Source: Spironucleus salmonicida (taxonomy: Eukaryota). Taken from it: 64,000 bases of DNA. Shown in pieces: positions 14,300-28,886 of the stretch (within the stretch, counting starts at the first letter, position 1; the number at the start of each line of letters is the position of its first letter). Below the pieces are notes generated by a model. That model searched no databases, was not told where the DNA came from, and worked only from the letters and a program-made list of their open reading frames with translations. The DNA lies in NCBI RefSeq assembly GCF_000497125.1, contig NC_090597.1:383797-447796 (forward strand), written 5' to 3'. Position numbers and translations under genes: made by a program.

Positions 14300-14990
14300 A
14301 CAGCACAACCCCGCTAACGTCTCATGCTCCTCAGTACACTTCTCCTTATCTCCATCAGAACATTCGGCAACCATCCCTTACCGCCGTCCTGACCGTAGCT
14401 GCATGAAGTACCTTTTCTGCGGCATCGCATTCACAGGATGGGTCAATACCTTCCACTCAAGTGGTTGGAACGTCCTCCAGAAAATCGTTGCAGTTCGCGG
14501 TTCCGTCACTGAGTATGGTGGTAATGTAATAATTCTCATCGCGGGAATTGCAAAATGCAACAGACGATAAAATATAACATTTTGACTCGCACAGGTGCAG
14601 CTGTTTGTTGGAGCGGAGCAACATGCCTTTGCACTATTTGCTCAGCATTCTCTATACGTCGAACAATCGAATAGACTATTTTGGGCTCCCCTCCATTACA
14701 CCCGAAGTCATTTTGTGCAGGGTTGTGCGCATGCGGTGTACGGGATTTCGTCTAGAAAGGTATCAGGAGGGCCTTCAGCCCAAGAAGCGAATCCGTATTT
14801 CTTGCTGTCTACTGTCTTCCTGTCGTCGACATACCATCCCAGGTCCAGCTTCGTGCCGTATGTGCACAGGACACAGTTCTCGGATCCTACGCTGGGGACT
14901 AGTAGACAGGATCGGCATAGCAGGGTTTCGCGGTGCCTTGCAGCTTGCGAGTGGTCTTCCGTTTCGAACTGAGGAACTGTAGCATGATTC
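14300..14990 (-). pseudogene. Degenerate CRMP pseudogene related to the 15466-16320 gene
   Basis: Minus-strand remnants such as FCNSRDENYYITTILSDGTANCND...VPTT*VEGIDPSCECDAAE align with [23 protein letters not shown]...[19 protein letters not shown]; Cys codons mutated to TGA, plus frameshifts. Confidence 0.65.
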
Positions 14991-15465
14991 TCATAAATAG
15001 CGTAAATGGGTTTTCATGTTTTTCTATTTTGCTAAGTTGGGACTAGGTTGGGTATCCAGAGCTAAGCTCATGATGCGATTAGTATCCTGCATATTATATA
15101 AACTAGATACCAAAATTAAACTTCCGCTCCAATTAATATTAGACACTAACGTATTAGATTGAATATGACACCCTATGACGACAATATGAGTCCACTGACG
15201 GCCAGCACTCGCCCTGTGCGGTCGGCTATCCCAACAGCAGCATGTGCAAAGGATGCAAAGCCAGATACAAGGCAAGGCGTGATCGATATCTAGCGGTGCC
15301 AGCCCGCTAGCAGGATATTTATGCCTCTCCGGAGCACAGTTGTACCCAGTACGAGCATTTCCACTTTCCCTTATTCCCCGAGTCTGCTGCTCAAATCCGT
15401 ACGGCATCAGCTCCCGCACCACTAGATGATACCGTGGCCATCTAGCCATATTATGCCAAATTCTA

Positions 15466-16320
15466 TCACTTCCTGGCCTTCTTGATGAAGTAGTATGCCA
15501 AGCCGCCACCAACTGCACCAGCAACCACCAATACCCCTATGATAATGCCGGCAATCGCACCACCGCCTATTTTATTCTGCTAGACTGTGTCCTATTTGGG
15601 CCAGCACAATCTTCCTCTAACTTCATACCCGTCCGTACATTCAGTGCACGTACCGCCTTTCGCCTTCACTATATTAGGTAAACACGTATCACAGTCAGTC
15701 TTATTGTCATTGCATGAGGCACAGTTTACAGCATTTCCACATTTGCAGGCAGAATCAAGCCCTTTCGCGCACGATGTGGCAACGCCATTCTTGCAGTATT
15801 CGCCATCTTGGAGGCTATTGCAGTTGGCTATGCACCTTCCGTCTATAGTAGTAGTATAAGCGCCTGGATTACAGGTGTTGCACACTGTTTTTGAGGAGCA
15901 AAGAAGACAATTTTGTTCGCATTTCTCGCAGCGATTTACTGACAAGTTGCAGAATGTAGAAATTTCATCTTCGCAGTCTTTTAAAGAATTGCAAACTCTA
16001 ACGCATGTATCATTTTCCTTGATGTAGCCCTCAGCGCAAGCCTCGCATGAATCAGGGTTCTTACACTTAGCACACCCCTTTAAGCACGAGGTGCACATAT
16101 CATTCTCTAGAAAACTTCCGGGAATGCATTAGGAGCATTTTTTATCTGCGCATTCTCTACAATTGGGATTAGCTGTATTGTCCACACAGTAGCAGCCTTG
16201 GCCGAGTTTTATGTCACCGGAGCAAGGGAGGCAGATCACTTCCGTGATGCTGGTCGCTGGGCAATAAAATCCTGCCTTGCAGCCGGTACTCGATCTACTA
16301 CATTTTCCGGCGTCGCTCAT
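15466..16320 (-). CDS. Cysteine-rich membrane protein (CRMP1-type, KKARK tail), 284 aa
   Basis: [21 protein letters not shown]...[35 protein letters not shown]. Confidence 0.93.
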
Positions 16321-19300
16321 TTTGGATGGATACACGTATTATAATAGAGTATCTCCTGTATAGAATAACTTACCAGTTACGAATTTATTGAATATTGCTT
16401 GATATGGTATATAAGACAATATATCCAGAAACTAAAAATGGAATAACGTATTTATATCTATAAAGTATGTATTTGTGAGAACAGTTTTCCCAGTGTTTAT
16501 TGCTTGTTTATGTAGATATGCTACGTCTCCGAATGGACCCCTGGACCGGAACTGCATGAGGCTACCATGCGTACTGGTACCAGCGCGGTACACCGAGAGG
16601 GCCTTGGAGCAGGTAACTGGGATATGCAGGTACACCGCAATAACACCTCCCGAAAGCTCACTCTGCAAGGCAGCAAGCAGGCTTTGGGGGCTCTTACCAC
16701 GCCCAACGATGTTAAGAAATAAGTGCGCTTCCCAGACAGCCTAGCATGCTCCTAAGAATTTACGCAAGGTATCCCCTCAAGGGCCTCATTGAGCTAGGCA
16801 ACCTCCTGGAAGTTGGTCTGGGCCGCGCTGCAGTAGTTTTGCGACTAGCCTAGGCATCAGGTTGGTTCTAACCCTCGTTCTAAGCCGGTTTTCGCTCTCG
16901 GGATAATGAAATAGGTAAGTAACCGAACTCAGTGCTAAGTATTCCAAGCAAAAATATGAAAATCCATATTGAAATACGAAACATCATTTTATTAAATTGA
17001 GAAAGAATTTATATCATTCAATTACATATTTCATAATCATATTTCATATATTTGCTAGTATACCTACTACTCTACAAGCATATCAGTGTTTATATAATTT
17101 TTAAAAAAGAAAGCTTCGATACTTAAAACAAGTCATTTTTAAAAATACTTTGTATCTTCCATATTAAATAATCTTGCTAACCACCCTCAGCGTGAGCAGG
17201 TCAAGGGAAATATGATCTCTTTAGAGATTGTATTTCCATTGGGTCGCCCAAATCGAATATATCAAATTCATAATTATATTTTAATTTTCAATATCGTATT
17301 TTTTAAAATACATAACTGGTGTTTTTATATTTAGATGTTATTAACAAATCTTGATCAGCCATGACAGAGAAGTAATATTCAAGCAAGATAAAATTATAAA
17401 TACAAAAATTAAAATACTTAAAACAAGATTTATTACAGATACTAGAAGAGGATCTTGATTTTATAAAAGTAAAGCTTTTAAAATACGAAATCTAAACAAT
17501 AATGCAATGATCTGAATATGAATATTAAGCAATACAAAAACGAATATAGTTAGATATCCCTTATAGATAAATAACTCTAATAAAACAAATACTAAATAAT
17601 TTATTCTAATAAATTAATTAGATTAAACCAATTATAAAAGTTTTAACTGATATACAATACAATTAAATAGTAAAATTTACAATTAAATGAGTTCAAGGAT
17701 AAATCTCATACCAGAGTCTTGAATAATCTATCAAGCGATTTACTACAAAATATCACATTGCATAAATTCAATTACCAAAAGTAAAACAATTAATGATAGT
17801 ATTAATTTAAATATAGACTACAAGTAAAATATGTTTGAAGAAAATAAATAGTAAGCAAGTAGTAAGTCACCCTCAAGAAGGTGCACACAGAATATTTGAA
17901 TTTTTAAAATGGACTATTATTTTATTACTCGCAATGCGAATGATAAAATCTGATATAGTAGATAGTATCCCAGAGAGGGGTCAAGAAAAAATATTTTTCC
18001 TATTTAAAAATTCAAAACGGTTACTCACCAAGGGCGACCACTAAATTGGGTCAAAATAGTTAACTTTAAAATTTTCTAAAGCTACTAATTCTAATTATGT
18101 GGTTCATACAATGGGGATTTGTTAGTCTATGTATTATTCTGACTACAAACTATGAAATTTTGAATTTTAGCGTTAAATTAAAAGATACTCTGAGTACTGA
18201 CACTCCTCGCCTTCTACTGCTAGGACCCCCTTATAACTTTGCCAACGTTTTTTTAAATGTAACCCTTGCAGAGTAGCATTTAATATCAGCAAAAAATACC
18301 ATTTTCACCCTCTAGGTGATGCGCCAAACCAAATATCTGTTGCCAAATTATGACGAATTCACCATAGTCTCTGCTCTACCAGATACCTAATTTTATAAAA
18401 TGATACCAGTAGAAGGTTGCAATCGTGCGTTCCGCACCAGCAGTTCTGCCTCTTTCCGACCATCCTCTGCTCAAATATTCAACGTGGCGTGCACGCTAGG
18501 AATAGGTGCTACACATCGCTGCGTGCCTTCTGATTACGCAAAAACATTTCTTACCCTTTGGTGCATGCCCTGTTCCCGTCTTGCGCGCAGATGCTTCGCA
18601 CGGGAGGTTGCAAATTTGGTAATTTGGAAGCCTTTCAGCGGGAGTGGGGTAGAAAATACGCATTTTCCTAAAGTTTAGTTGTATGCTATTTGAAGTCGAA
18701 ATGAGCATTTTGGCGATAATTCTGGGAGGGCAGTTAGCATCGTGTAAGACACTTTAAGATGATAATTTAAGGAATTGGTTGATTGCGGTAATGTGTGCAT
18801 AGCGTTCATGGGGATTAGGTGTGTTTGATTTGTGCAGTCTTAGCAGTTAGGGAATGGGAGATGTTGGGCGAGAAGGGGGCTTGAGTATTTTGGTGTAGAT
18901 GCATTAACATGATATTTGTCAGGTCTTAACGTTTGGAATGGTGTGGTTGTGGATTGAATTTGGTTATTTAGAGATAATTTTATTGTACAGTAGTTGTAGT
19001 AACTATAGTTTGGATGAATTTGGAATATCGATATCTTACCATACGCAGGAGTACGAAATTCAACTTTAAGGTAATTTTAAAGTAATGGTACAATAACATG
19101 TCATACTGTTATATTTATCTATTATGCTGTCCGAATTTGAAAATAATTAAAGTATGCAAAACTGAAACTGAAATATTTAATAATAGTACACCCCGCAGAA
19201 TCACTCTAAAGATAGTAAGTTAAATTTCATAAAATAGGCCATACACCAAATTTATGACTTAAAGTATTACTATCATTCATGCTACGTAATATCATGGAAA

Positions 19301-19616
19301 ACATGCGTTTAGTTAATTTTTGCAGAACTTCTAAGGCTTTTGAACTAAAATATATTACTAATTACTCATATGGTGCTATTTGTATTACATGTGGTAAATC
19401 GATCTATCGATGCCTTGCTTTGACCTCATGCTAATTTTATCTCAGATTATCAAGTATTATCGTATTAGGTCTAGCAAATTGAAGTATATTGTGGTGGGCT
19501 CAAGTATTCCGTAACGAGCTGCTGTCAGCTAAGTATCGCGAAGAGTAATGCATCGCTAATTAACATTTAAGTTCACTTAGAATTTTTGGCCATGTATTCT
19601 TTCACAACTGGTACCA

Positions 19617-20490
19617 TCACTTCTTCTTTTTCTTGAGGAAGTAAATGCAAGTCCACCTTCGACTACACTTACTGTTAATATTCATATTATAACAATTCTG
19701 GATAATCTAACGTTATACATTTCATCAAAAAACAGATATTTCCAAGTTTCTCAGCACATTCTATGCATTCTCAGCATTGTTAGTATTTGGGTAAATACCC
19801 CAGAAAGACTATAACTTCCACTAGATTAACGATTTAGGGCTCATGAATGTCTAGAGAGCAGATAGTTCCTAGAGTCTATGCAGCCCGTGCATTCCCATTA
19901 TCTTCATCAGAATATATGCATAATGGATCAGTACAGGGCCAATCTCTTATTTCTTAAATTGTTTGACAAATAAGGCAATTAGGCGCTCCTGGAACACACC
20001 TGCGTCGTGGTGTCTGGCCAGCGGAGCAGTATTCAATAATAGGATTATTAGCATAGGCATAGCGGACAATGATGCGGCTACCTAATAGCTTACTTATTTA
20101 TACTGTGCCATCTATTTGGGATTTTGCATTTGAGGATTCATCCAGCTGCTGCATGCCTCGCAGATTGTTAGCAGGCTCTCCAGAGATTCCCAGTGGATTT
20201 AATTCGCAAAGCTAGGAGTATTGAGAAAATGTCTAGGACCACAAGCGCGTGCAATACCTGCTTATTTTATTCATATACCGCCTAAAGCTTTAAATCGGAT
20301 CGCGATAGCTGTACATTAGGCGTATTACCGCATGCTGTAGCGTTAGCAGAGCATGCTGGCAACAGGCTGAGATACGAACTAAGCATTAATTTGATTTTGC
20401 TACTGCATGCGCTATTACTACTTCTGTACAGTAAATGCTACCAGGATTAGCTTCGTGCTATATTGAATGCAGTCGTTTAGTTTATTGTAT
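19617..20490 (-). pseudogene. Heavily decayed CRMP1-type pseudogene
   Basis: Minus strand ends VVEGGLA/YFLKKKKK-TGA (AAGTGA). Upstream GYLPKYQQC*ECIECAEKLGNICF parallels [24 protein letters not shown] of the 8728 gene. 5' boundary approximate. Confidence 0.65.
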
Positions 20491-22132
20491 TAGGATGGCG
20501 TTTAATAGTTTTGGTATTTAATAGTTGTATTTAGTTAATTATTTAGTATTTAGATAATATTTACTAGTATAATTAGACATAGTAAGATATTTACTACTCA
20601 TTCAGAAGGAGATACTGATTAATATAATATATGCATCTGTTATAAAAATAAAAATCAATAACTGAAGGTTTGCTTATATTAAACTGAAACTATAATAGTT
20701 ATAAATTGATTAATTTACCAAGTTTCTGCATAATAGGTTAATACATAATATGATGAAAAATGAAAAATGTAAATGTAAATTATATGTATTATCAAAACTT
20801 ATCAGGTTTAATCCTAAAAGTGTTATGATAACTAATGAATATAATATTAACATAAAATATTTTTCATCTAATTGAAGTTAGTCATTCTCAGGTAAGGATA
20901 TGAAAGATTAGAATGTATATTACTTAAATTTTACAAATTTAGTTATTAAGCCTTAGATCATAGCATAGATGGTATAAGGATAGTAGAAAGTGAAAGTTCT
21001 TACCTAATAATGTAGTCAGTGAACAAAACCTATCTCTCTCACTACAGGTCATAGAAATAATAAAATTTAGTTAATGTAAGCATTGCCACTTTAGGAAAGC
21101 ATGTAATAGATAAGCTAATGATAAAGTAAGGTTTAGTAATATTCTGGCATACTGTGCTGCAAGGGGAATGCATGTATAGACTTAAGGCTGATTAGTGGAA
21201 CAGCTGGGATCTGAATAGAAATGGTGTCAACACCTAGTACTGCATCTTAAATGAACCGTAAGTAGAAACCTGCATATTATTAGTGGGAAAGTAGGATTTA
21301 CGAAGTATCTGCGCAAATATCCAAACAAAATAATACGATACCAGCCAAACTTCTGATACCTCGGTGAGAATCGGAGCATGGATAGTACCACGGGCTCTGG
21401 TACGGTTCGGAGTGGCTGGTATGCTCCTGCATATTTAGGCATCAGGCTAGCCTAGAAGAAGTAATTGAAACCCTATTAGCCATCTTCACCATTCTTTTAA
21501 TTTACCATATTAGAATGACATAAATATTTTTGAGTTTTGCAGCTTTGTTAGTCTAAATACTATCCGAATATACCATTCACTGATAACGTGGAAATATGAA
21601 TTATTTTATTATATTAAAATAATATTGTTAACTTCGGCTAACATAAAGTTGGTCTGAGTATTAATTATGTTTAAATACCCATAGGTCCAACTATTACCAG
21701 CAATCGGGTATTTAGTAAACTTACTGCTATTTCTGCAATCACAGGGGTATTATATAATATATGGATTTTTTCACTTTTAGTTTTTGCAGTATTATATTAG
21801 TATGCACAACTATTATTAAACTCAATTTAAAGATTTGCGGGTTTTAAAGATTATAAGTTACTACGCACTTTGCATAAACTATTATAACACCACTCATGCC
21901 TATAATAACAATAACATCACCATTTCTTTTGGTAAATCTACTGGGATTCCTCTACAACTACTTTAAGTAAATTTTACTAAATTATACTTATTTGTACAAC
22001 ATCAATTCCACGCTTAATAGTAAACGCTATCCATAAAATATTTCACTTCCACTTCAATACTCAAAAACACAAAACTGCTATACTCGGTAATATTCACAGT
22101 TACACTGTAGTCATGTTTTCACTTCTATCTAA

Positions 22133-23884
22133 ATGTCAAACTAGTGTACTTCTTCAATTACAAATACCTGCAGTGAAGGGACTTTCTGTCCATCAAACGC
22201 AGGAACTACTTCTACAGATTGTCTCGCGTGCAAATCAGAGTGCGCAACCTGCACAGCAGAGAACACGTGTCAAACCTGCACTAACGGGAACTTTTTAAGC
22301 GTAACCACCTGCGCCACCTGCGTTTCCGGAACCACCATGAAGTGCACCTGCGGTTCCGCTGAGAACTGCTCGACTTGTTCGGATGATATGGCAAAATGCG
22401 CTACCTGTAGTAGTGAATATGATATGGCTGCGAATCCTCCTTGTTCAGCATGCAAGGCAGGGTACTTTGAGAATATTGAAAACCCAAAAACCTGCACAAA
22501 ATGCCCAGTAACCTGCGCAACCTGTACCGCAGAAAACACCTGTCTAACATGTAAAGATGGAAACGTTTTAACTGGCAGTACCTGCGTCCCCTGCAATGCA
22601 ACCCAAATGACTGCCTGCACGTGCCAAACTACCAAAAACTGCTCAACATGTAAGTCTAGTGAGATGGACAAATGCGAAACATGTATAGGAAACTTTGACC
22701 CTTCTATCACCACTCCTTGCGAGAAATGCTTGTCAGGATTCTTCAAGGAAAACAAAGATGCGAGTGATACTTGCACGGCCTGCTCCAAGAATTGCACAAC
22801 CTGCACATCCATCTCCGTTTGCACATCTTGCAGGGACGGGTTTTTGCTTGATAACAAGAATTGCGTAGCCTGCACAGATACAAACTGCAAGACATGTCCC
22901 TCTAGCAAAGATACCTGCACGGCTTGCAAAGATAAATTTTCGGTGTAAAGCGATAAATGTGAGAAAATATGCACAGCAAATGACGGTAGCTGTGCCATGA
23001 ATCAAATCTGTGATACGATCTGCAAAGACTGCACCGGTAACTGTGCCACGTGCAAGGACGCAGTCGACAAGTGCTTGACCTGCGATCCCGGATTCATTTT
23101 AGTAGGCGATAAATGCGAAACGTGCTCTGCTGGCTGCGCGAACTGCGACGGCAATAAAGACACCTGCAAGGTTTGTAAGGACGATTTTTTCCTAAAAGAT
23201 AAAACCTGCACTGCTTGTACTGCAAACACAACAGAACAGTGTACGTGCAGTGAAGCAGCTAACTGCGCTAACTGCGATACTTCTGATAAAGCAAAGTGCG
23301 CCACCTGTATCACCGGTTACAAAAAGGCTACAGGAGATACCTGTTCTACATGCGACGACGGTTATCTGATGGTCGGAATGGTATGCACGAAATGCGGACC
23401 AAACTGCGCAACGTGCTCCTAAAGTATTGAAAAGTGCGATACCTGCGCCAGTTCGTACACAATGAGCATCAACTAGACGTGCGAGAAGGATTGTACGGAG
23501 GCACTGACAGATGGCAAGGTGTGCGTCGCCGAAAAGATAGTGGATTGTGGAGGCACCGATCAGATAACTGCATGTAAATGTGGCAATACTGGAAACTGCT
23601 TCAAATGCGACGGTTCGGATAAGGAAAAATGCGAGTCCTGCATGCGAGGATACAAATTATCAGATGACACGTGTACTACCTGCATGGACGGGTATACCGC
23701 CGTTGGTACTTTCTGCTTCCCCTAGAGCGATACGCTAAGTACCAACCTCTCTGGTGGCGCTGTTACAGGCATTATCATCGCAGTTCTAGTAGCTGTGGGT
23801 GGAGTCGCCGGTGGTATTTTTTGGTACATGAAGAAGTCAAAGCTTAATAAGGAGATTGACGAGTAGAAGTTTGTCCTGAAGTGA
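22133..23884 (+). CDS. Cysteine-rich membrane protein, 583 aa
   Basis: MSNQCTSSITNTCSEGTFCP...[45 protein letters not shown]; joins track ORFs 22337, 22997 and 23519 through TAA/TAG. Confidence 0.93.
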
Positions 23885-26800
23885 TAATTTACGTTATTTC
23901 AGATATTATGATTATGTATATGGAGGCATCCTGCAATAATGAGAATATAAGGGTATAAAATTAGTAATTTACTATTATTAAATATGAAGAAGAATTCGAG
24001 TTACTTAAATCTTACATACTACTCACTATTTCTTCACAATATTGAAATACTCTGTTTATCTCCATTATATCATTAAGTAAGCGAACGTATACTAAATATT
24101 ATAACTAAGTTAGCAATATTATCAATTCTGTGCTAAACTTTATCATTACATAACTATTTTGCGAAATTCAATTTTATGTCTTGCGTTGGATTGCAAAATT
24201 GGCTATGAAACTTGGAATGGTATGAAATAGATATTGATAGTTTTAGTATGAGATTAGTATTTAATTGGGTAAGCGAATGACAAGTTGAGCATGCGTTGAA
24301 CTATATTTTGCGGTTCTAAGTTTATATTTGATTGTTAATATAACTTTCTAATTATCATACTATTTAAGATAATTATTTTAGGTTATTAGTATAATTTTTC
24401 TGTTTTGTGAGTTGATTTGTAATGTAATTGTGAGGAAACGGTCGTAAAAGCAAGATATAGTATAAAATGTATAAGAAGGTGAAATAGTAGATTAAACTAC
24501 TTTTGTAGTTTTTGAATACTTATATGTTGAATTTAATGATGACTACTTAGTGATTAATCATAATTGCCTTCTTCATTTCTATACTCTGATTATCTTCTAC
24601 AATTGTAATTTAATAAGCATGTTAAGTAACTATTATAGTTCTATTTTATCAAAAAATATACTATGTATATTATATATTCTAATTATTATTTACACTTCTC
24701 TTCTATATAGGTTTTATGCATAGTATCACACCTAACAATCTGATGCCTAGTTAAAGTGAAAATTTTCTATTAAGGTATGCTATAGCAACACAGCTAACGC
24801 TATGAAAATAATTATACTGTAATCAGTCTTGTAGTAGTTAATTCTATATGGTTCATATAATTTATACAACAATTATTTAATATTACCCCTGCTCTGTCGA
24901 GTGCACTTTTTTGAAAAAGTATAAATCTGCCCAAAGAGGAAAAGTTGCAAACTTATTTAATGGGAAAGATTCCCATTCTTTGTATTTTGCTTTTCTTGTT
25001 GTGTTTCGTAATTTTCATTTTAATCGAATTCCGCTCCAGAATTGGAAAATCCACAAAATAACTCTTTGTCGAACAATCTTTAAATACTTGACCCAATAAA
25101 TAATACAATATATCTGTGAAAAGAAAATAAGCATCTAAAGCTAATTTGGGCATAACTAGGAGCCATTACAAAATTAGAATTCAAAACTTATAATCTAAAT
25201 TATAGCCATCAACTTATTTCCATATCATAACTAAGATGTTATTTTAGTAAAAAAGAATTATTGTAAAATATTAGTAAAAATATATTTATTCATGAAAATT
25301 TTAAATTCTATATTTTTTTATAACAATTAAAATTTACAGAATAGAGTAATATCTGATGAAGGGGAACATTATATGAATGTGATATAATTTATTTCCAGTA
25401 ATTAAGGAAATTTTTATTAGAATGATGATGATGATAATGAAATTAAAAAGTTAATAATTATACTTTGCTAATTAGTAAAATTTTAATGTTAGCACTAGAA
25501 ATGTAGATTTAGACTCTATTGAATGCTGTTTAAATATAGTTTAGTATGGAATTGGAATAAATTCAGAAAAATAGAATATTTACCAATTGACGAGCCACTG
25601 TCCCCATTTAAAGGCAGATATACTAAAAAATATACCTACCTTAGAATCTAAATAAATATAGACATCTTTTAGGTCAGTATCAGTCCAAAAATGGTTACTG
25701 CTTTAAATTGTAATCTTATTTTGATTTTGGGTCCAGTAAGGCTTAAAAGATATTATATAGTACCTTGTGTATATATTTCCATATAGTCAAAGAGGTGTGA
25801 GTTGGGAAAATTTTATAATTCTGAAAAGTTATCAAATATTGTTTAACTAATAAATTAAACTTTACTTACGATACGTAGCAACAGGTACAAAAGTAATATT
25901 TACCTAAAGAATTAAAAGTCAAGTAATTCAAAATTTTAACTTTTGAATATTTTCATGATTTGGAATGAAGATCAAAAACATAAAATTAACAAAGTTGTTT
26001 TTCTCAATGATCTTATAGGTTAACTCTAATGAAAAGAAACACACATTTACTTATTCACGTACATCCATAGTAGATCTATATAATAAATTAATGGGCTGAG
26101 TAAATTTCTAGGATTATAATCTTCAGCTAATAAGGTTACCCATAAAGTTTAAATGAGGGGTATTAAATTTATTTCATACACTCAACATCTGTTTAGTAAA
26201 TTATTAGATTTACTTCAAAGAAATCAACAGTATTGAAAATCTTGAACTTAAACAATATTTGAAGGCCTAATGAAATAGATTTCTTTGTACACGAAGCTAA
26301 ACTACAGTAAATCTAATGTAGAGCATAAGCTATTTACTAACGCTGTTCTAATGTACAATCTCACTAAAATACTAATATTTAATGCTAATATTTTATATGT
26401 TACATGTAGTAAATGCTAGAACTGGAGAACATTCTATATGTGTAGTAGATACATTAACAAAAGAAAACAAAGCAACTACAGAAAGCGATATTTGCAAATT
26501 TTACTTTTTCGGAAATAGCTTTTAGCCCGTATTCCCAATAGCAGACAGAGTCATATACATAACGCTCCCATCAGTAGCGGGTAATATTTTTCGAAAGATT
26601 TTTCTATAGGTTTGGTTGAATAACCTCCTCACCAGGAAACAGCTAATAAAGTTAATATTAGTATTATATTTGTTATACTTTTTATAATTTTAATTAGTAG
26701 TAATTATATTATCTAATATAAGGATTATTTTTAGTTTTATTATATTATATAATATTACTCAATAAATAGTTAATTTTTGAACGAACTATTAAGATTTAGT

Positions 26801-27149
26801 TGTTTGAGCGATAATAGCTTATCGTGTATTGGCATTAATAATTATTATCTGTTATACGAAGATAATATGAAATAAGCGCCGTTACTTTTATATAGGGAAC
26901 CTAATCATTTAAACCTATTTCTTATAAAAAACTCTACAACTATATTCATGTATAATAATTATTTACCTTATTTTCACTCCTAATTATCCTATTTTAAGTC
27001 ATTAGATATATTTATAAACCAATTCACTATCCTTGAAGTGACCCAAAACATAAAACGATTAATCTTACTCACTACTAAGACTTATAGCCTTTTACACTTC
27101 TATCTATATTAAAAGTGCTAAGTACTCCACATCTTCATTTTCAAGATCC

Positions 27150-28204
27150 TGAGTGAGTCTACTTTCCCCAACAAAACATAGCAGCTGATTCCACAGAACC
27201 CCTCCTCTGCACCACAAACATTATGTGTCAAATCAGTGCTAAGGTAAATACTTTAACTCGAAATCACTGATTTTACTGCACCATAACTTAAATGGCTGCA
27301 CTCATCTTTAACACTACTAAAACCTACGTTTCCACTCGGATGAACGAGGAATAAACCTATACTAAGTGTTACAGTCTGTCCAGTATGATATATTGCGAAA
27401 CCTGCAAAGCTTAGTTGCTCTATTATGGTTTCTGCAAGCTTCCGAAAGTTTACAGACTGTAAATCTGGTCATATTTTGAAAATGATAAATATACTGCACG
27501 CTTAGAGGGAGACAACATTTAAGATAATAACAATATTAGATAAAAAATTTCCAAGGATACCTTTCAAATCAAATGGTAAGTATGCATTCTTTCTATACGA
27601 AGAGAACTTAAAATGCTAACATGCTTCAGCTGTTAGCTGCATCACCTACAACACGGCAATCCAAAAAATGATCAACATGCATCACTAGCTGCAAACGGTA
27701 CCGGCTTTAGCTGAGATAGCGGAGTTTGATGGTGGAAATTGCATGCACAACATCCAGGGAACTGTTGTAACCCTAGCCATGCACAATAGAGCTTTGCGAT
27801 ACGTGTGGTGATGCTCATTAAATGGAAATTGATTAATTTGTGTTACCCTAATTGTAGTCATTAAATAACAGTTAGATAGCTTACATCCGTGGAGTTGCGC
27901 CTGATTATGATAGAGTAGGTTAAAGTACTTTATACAGATATCAAGATGCCTAAACTTATTTTAAGTATGATGAAAGTAACAATAAAGAATGTCATAATTA
28001 CATGTACTAATACAAATTCAAAATAAAGCATGTACAGGTTTGTTGATTCCTTTGTGTCAAGTATATAGCGCTATTTATTACTAACCAAGTATCTGGAAGT
28101 CTATCTACTATATGGCGGCTTGAATTGTGATTCCAGTATTAGGTGCCGTATGTGCTATCGACGGCAGCCTGATTTCTTATGTTATCAAGAAAGGAAAGAA
28201 ATGA
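27150..28204 (+). pseudogene. Decayed CRMP1-type pseudogene
   Basis: 3' end reads SGSLS../IVIPVLGAVCAIDGSLISYVIKKGKK*, matching the tail of the 8728 gene; scattered CxxC remnants upstream. 5' boundary approximate. Confidence 0.65.
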
Positions 28205-28886
28205 TGGTAATAGTTCCCGAAAAATATACACGAAAAATGGTTTCGCAAGGTAAAATGCGAAAATTCAATTTTACCCGAGGAATACATTATTATGTTATAT
28301 AATCGCTTGTAGAAGTATTATATGGGATAGTTATATCAGTAAAATGAATTTCTTTTTCTTAGTACGTTACATGTAGTTAGGTATGAAGCAATAGGTACTA
28401 CATCATAGTTAGAGGTAGTTGATAGCACAATCTAAGGATGCATAACAGAAATTAGTATAATATTCCCAACTTCTACTAGCTGTTAGTTCAATAGCATTAT
28501 TAATACACTCGAGACTAATTGAAGTTAAATTTTAATATCGCAAATGCAAAATCATACATACTGATACTCAATTTGTATTAGTAATATTATCTGATATTAA
28601 ATTAATACTCGTTTATTGATAGACTAATTTTTGCAGATTCATAAAGTATTCAGTTTCAGCGTGAGATACATTAGGTATCTACACTGAGCTACTGCGTCTT
28701 AGTTTATCCTAATTTTTATGTTCAGTTACAAATTTGTTACTAATCATACGATATACAATATGATTTTAATATTATATATTATTTCAAAAATATGTTAATA
28801 CATATTTCCTATATAATCCAAGTTACTGAATAATATTTTGTATTATTACATACTCAGAATATTACTAAAAATAGAAACTGCTAAAA

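Noticed and set aside
16500-16960. GC-richer island upstream of the 16320 CRMP as a gene or mobile element
   Set aside because: Several overlapping short frames; no domain, terminal repeat or target duplication identified.
17362-17690. Coiled-coil-like ORF MTEKQYSSKIKL... with an internal TGA
   Set aside because: Short, AT-rich and interrupted; cannot be distinguished from a decayed gene or chance.
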